A stretch of DNA of 36,084 nt, taken from the NCBI RefSeq assembly GCF_006345805.1, contig NW_021832814.1:1-36084 (forward strand). The letters are read 5' to 3'. How positions within the stretch are numbered: the first letter of the stretch is position 1; every line of letters begins with the position of its first letter. Source of the stretch: Octopus sinensis. Lineage: Eukaryota. The notes under the pieces were generated by a model. The model searched no databases and was not told the DNA's origin. It worked only from the letters and a program-made list of their open reading frames with translations. The translations under genes and the position numbers were made by a program. Of the stretch, positions 32,166-36,084 are shown piece by piece.

Positions 32166-32780
32166 TGTGGCAGTACCATGTAAAAGCGCCTATGCCATAC
32201 CATGTAAAAAAAAAGCATCTGTGGTACCATGTGAAAAAAAAGCATCTGTGTTGTGCCATGTAAAAAAGCATGTGTGGTACCGCGTGAAAATGTTTCTGTG
32301 TGGTACCATGTGAAAATGCATCTGTGTGGTACCATGTGAAAATGCATCTGTGTGGTACCATGTGAAAATGCATCTGTGTGGTACCATGTGAAAATGCATC
32401 TATGTGGTACCATGTGAAAATGCATCTGTGCAGTACCATGTAAAAAAAGCATGTGTGGTACCATGTAAAAAAGCATCTGTGTGGTACCATGGAAAAATGC
32501 ATCTGTGTGGTACCATGTGAAAATGCATCTGTGCAGTACCATGTGAAAAGCATCTGTGTAGTACCATGTGAAAAGCATCTGTGTTGTGCCATGTGAAAAA
32601 GCATGTGTAGTACCATGTGAAAGCACCCAGCACACTCAGTAAAGTGGTTGCCGTTAGGAAGAGCATCTAGCTGTAGGAACCATTCCAAAGCAGACTGAAA
32701 CCTAATGCAGCTCCCCAGCTCTGGTCAAACCATCCAACCCATGCCAGCATGGACAACATAAGTTAAATGATGTTGATGAT
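32166..32780 (+). repeat. 26-bp minisatellite (about 17-18 units) leading into an RTE-type 3' tail
   Basis: Unit GTGGTACCATGTGAAAATGCATCTGT (GGTACC at 32302, 32328, 32354, 32380), then AGGAAGAGCATCTAGC and CCAACCCATGCCAGCATGG. Confidence 0.9.
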
Positions 32781-32789
32781 ACATATTCA

Positions 32790-33330
32790 CACAGACATAG
32801 GCTTCCACACAGTTTCCTTCTCCCAACTCCACTCACAAGGCATTGGTTGACTTGGGGCTATAGCAGAAGACCCTTTACTCAAGTTAGTACCATTCGGTAG
32901 GATTGAACCCGAAACCATGTGATTTGCAAAGCAAGCTTCTTACCCTCACAGCCATGCCTGTGTCCATGTATTAATATTTGTCATTTTCTTTTCTTTTTCT
33001 TCCAGATATGAATGAATTAAATTTACCCAAAACTTGCCAAGTTAACTTTCCCGACCCTGATGACCTTTTAAATTTCAAATTAGTGATTTGTCCAGATGAG
33101 GTTAGTTCTATATATTCTTTTATTTGTTTCAGGCATTTGACTGTGACCATGCTGGAGCACCGCCTCAAAGGGCATTTTTTTTTTAGTCAAAGAAATCAAC
33201 CCCAGGACTTTTTCTTTGTGAGCCTAATACTTATTTGATTGGTCAGTTTTGCCAAACTTGAGTTACGTGGACGTAAGCACACGAGCATCAACTGTTAAGT
33301 GATGGTGGGGACACACAGACACACACACAT
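32790..33330 (-). mobile_element. SINE A fragments flanking UBE2M exon 2
   Basis: Head part ~32790-32960 and tail part ~33113-33330, both on the minus strand. Confidence 0.75.
33006..33100 (+). CDS. UBE2M: Ubc12 coding exon 2 (95 nt)
   Basis: Long polypyrimidine tract then ttccag|AT. Encodes (D)[31 protein letters not shown]. Donor GAG|GTTAGT. Phases fit exons 1 and 3. Confidence 0.97.
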
Positions 33331-33364
33331 AAACATATATATAATATATATATATATATATAAA

Positions 33365-33758
33365 TCTCTCTCTATATAAAGCTGAAGTTGTCTGTGCATG
33401 GCAGGTTTGGTAGCTTTCAACTAACACTATCTCCTCCGAGACCCTGAGGCACAATTTGACCAAAATTGAGAGTATGATAGAAGAAGGCTTGCTCTTCATT
33501 CCGAAGAAGAAAAAATTCAAATCGGACCATGTTAACACCAAAAATTATTTACATCAAAAAGGTGCTTTTTTTTCTATGAAAATCCCTATTTTTTATGATT
33601 TTTTAACTGCTGTGTTGCCTTTTTTTGGTGTATTTCAACCAGAAAAATGTTCACTTAAGGAGAATAAACAAGCTACATAATGCAAAATTTTTACTTTTCA
33701 AAAATTCCAATTCTAAAGGGTCGAAACCAACCCGAGCAACGCTGGGCGATACTGCTAG
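33365..33758 (+). mobile_element. Non-autonomous Helitron
   Basis: A|TC...TATATAAA 5' end, subterminal hairpin CCCGAGCAACGCTGGG (33731-33746), 3' CTAG|T. Confidence 0.8.
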
Positions 33759-35267
33759 TATATATATATATATATATATGATGGGCTTTGGTCAGCCCAA
33801 GGTGCTGCATAGTGGGACTGAACCCAGAACCATGTGGTTGGGAAGCAAGCTACTTACCACACAGCCATGCCTTTTGTATTTTTAATTGTTGTCTCGTGCA
33901 ATGGTTCTTAATCCAGGTCCATATGACCCTTGGGGAGCCATATAAACTTGAAATTCTTTTGGTCCTTAATTTCTCTGCCATACCTTATCCTTCTTTGTTC
34001 CTTCCACTTGGTCCCTTATATTCCTAATTTCTTTTGATGCCTTATATCTGTCATGTCTTACCCTCATTCTTTCCCCCTGGCCCTTTCATCACCATCATCA
34101 CCCATCTACCTCAATGCCATAGCAACCAAGGTAGGCAGGTGCAGCCCACCCCAACCTTTGGACTAGCTGGTGCCCATTCTCCCTTGCTATCATGAGGCAT
34201 TTTTAGAGCTGGATTTTCTACAGGGAGCATGCCCTTACTTACCCCTAACCTCAGTTTCTAGACATGAGTGGTCCTGAGACCAAGGCCTCTACCACGATTT
34301 TTAAGAAAGGTGGTGGAAAACTAGCTCAGGAAGGCGGGGACACTACTCCCTGAGACCCCTTTCGGAGCTCCCCCTTTATCTCTCAAATTTCCTACCATCT
34401 TGGCTCCATTACTTAATATCATCTCTACTATATCTAATCCTTGTTCCTTCAATCTGGCCCTTTTATCCCTAAATCCCTCAAGCCCGAACCATTTTTCTAA
34501 ATTCTTCTACCTCCCAAGAACTGTTATGCCCTTTCCTTGTTCCTCCTGCCTAGCCCCTAATATTTTGACTACTCTTGACTATGATTCTGTCTGTTTGGGC
34601 CATTTATCTCTCTAAATTCTTCTGACCCCTAATATCTATGCCTCACCTTTATCTCTAAATCTTTTCTAAATTAGATCCTATTCCTTAATAATCAGTTGGG
34701 TCTCTTTATTCCTCTCAATCCCTTAAACCTGACTCAGCCCATTTATATTCAAATACTTCTGGCCCCCAATAACTGCTATGCCTTTTTCTTGTTCCATCCA
34801 CCGGACACCCTAATATTTCAACTACACCTGACTATGATTCCTTCCATCTGGTCCCTTTACCTCTGTAAATTCTTCTGACCCCTAATATCTATATACCTCA
34901 CCATAATTCTTTCCATCTGGACCCTTTATGTAAACCTTTCTAACCCAAACTCTATTTTTCCTTATTCCAGCCCATTTATACCCAAATTTTTCTGACCCCT
35001 AATATTTCTATACCTCACTCTCATTCTTTCCATCTAACCTCTTTCTCTAAATCTTTCTGAATTGAACCCTATTTCCTGATAATCAACTAGCTCCCTTTAT
35101 CCCTCTCAATCCATTAAACCTGACCAAGCCCATTTATACCCAAATTCTTCTGACCCCTAATATCTCTGCTATTCTTTTCCCTTCTCATTACCTTCCCCTC
35201 TCTCCTCTTCCCTATGTCTTTCTAAATCTCTCTCATTGACTTTTGATTCCCTGGTTTTCTGTCACAG

Positions 35268-35410
35268 GGTTTCTACCGAGGTGGAAGGTTCATGTTTAGT
35301 TTCAAAGTTGGCCCTGGCTACCCACATGACGCACCCAAGGTGAAATGCGAAACAATGGTTTACCACCCAAATATTGACCTGGAAGGGAATGTTTGCTTAA
35401 ATATATTAAG
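35268..35410 (+). CDS. UBE2M: Ubc12 coding exon 3 (143 nt) with catalytic Cys; gene continues beyond window
   Basis: ttttctgtcacag|GGT...TTAAG|GTAAGT. Encodes [47 protein letters not shown](R), with the E2 HPN motif and active-site Cys codon at 35394-35396. Confidence 0.98.
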
Positions 35411-35539
35411 GTAAGTGCCATCTCTCTCACTCACTCATCCTCACCACTCTGTCAACATCTCACATCTGTCTTCTATACCAGTCATGGACAAACTGCGGTC
35501 CCAGGAAATGCGGTGGCAGACAGGAACCACTCCCTAAGA

Positions 35540-35953
35540 GCGGTGAGCTGGTAGAAATGTTAGCGCGCCAGGCGAAATGCTTAGCAGTATTTCGTCTGCC
35601 ATTACGTTCTGAGTTCAAATTCCGCCAAGGTCGACTTTGCCTTTCATCCTTTCAGGGTCGGTAAAACAAATACCAGTTACGCACTGGGGTCGATATAATT
35701 GACTTAATCCGTTTGTCTATCCTTGTTTGTCCCCTCTATGTTTAGCCCCTTGTGGGTAGTAAAGAAATAGGTATTTCGTCTGCCGTTACATTGAGAGTTC
35801 AAATTCCGTCGAGGTCAACTTTGCCTTTCATCCTTTCGGGGTCGATAAATTAAGTACCAGTTACGTACTAGGGTCGATATAATCGACTTAATCCTTTTGT
35901 CTGTCCTTGTTTGTCCCCTCTGTGTTTAGCCTCTTGCGGGCAGTAAAGAAATG
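35540..35953 (+). mobile_element. SINE family B, tandem partial dimer in UBE2M intron 3
   Basis: Same dimer layout as 1710-2128. Confidence 0.85.
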
Positions 35954-36084
35954 GGAACCACTCCCTGTGCAGGTAAAAGACGAATGCTTGCCTGATATCA
36001 TGTACCTTGCCACAACCTCCTGCCCAAAATCATTCTTCTTCAGGGCTCAGTTGAAAGGGGGCATAAGACAGGCAGACAGAGGAA

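Noticed and set aside
32059-32688. 209-aa ORF with repeated HGTTQM/WYHTDAF
   Set aside because: Reading frames of the 26-bp minisatellite.

Overview
Eukaryotic, repeat-saturated genomic DNA. The SINE/LINE families and dense (TA)n/(TG)n microsatellites look to me like an octopus or other coleoid cephalopod (inference from repeat recognition, not a database hit). One protein-coding gene is clear: the 5' part of UBE2M/Ubc12 (NEDD8-conjugating E2) on the + strand, coding exons 22418-22523, 33006-33100 and 35268-35410, continuing past the window end. Also present: an intron-containing tRNA-Leu(CAA) inside UBE2M intron 1, a 5'-truncated tRNA-Gly(GCC), a CpG-rich promoter-like motif cluster at ~12.75 kb, at least four tRNA-derived SINE types, RTE and CR1 LINE fragments, and mariner, piggyBac-like, Mutator-like and Helitron non-autonomous elements. 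The main unexpected signal is about ten hammerhead-ribozyme (HHR)-like motifs in short repeats that I infer to be Penelope-like element termini. Two have a predicted stem I/loop II pseudoknot, two sit in a foldback with non-standard cores, and one (30819-30879, - strand) has all hammerhead strands in a non-circularly permuted order. All RNA structures were paired by eye and no activity is demonstrated. Repeat boundaries are approximate unless a TSD or TIR is quoted.
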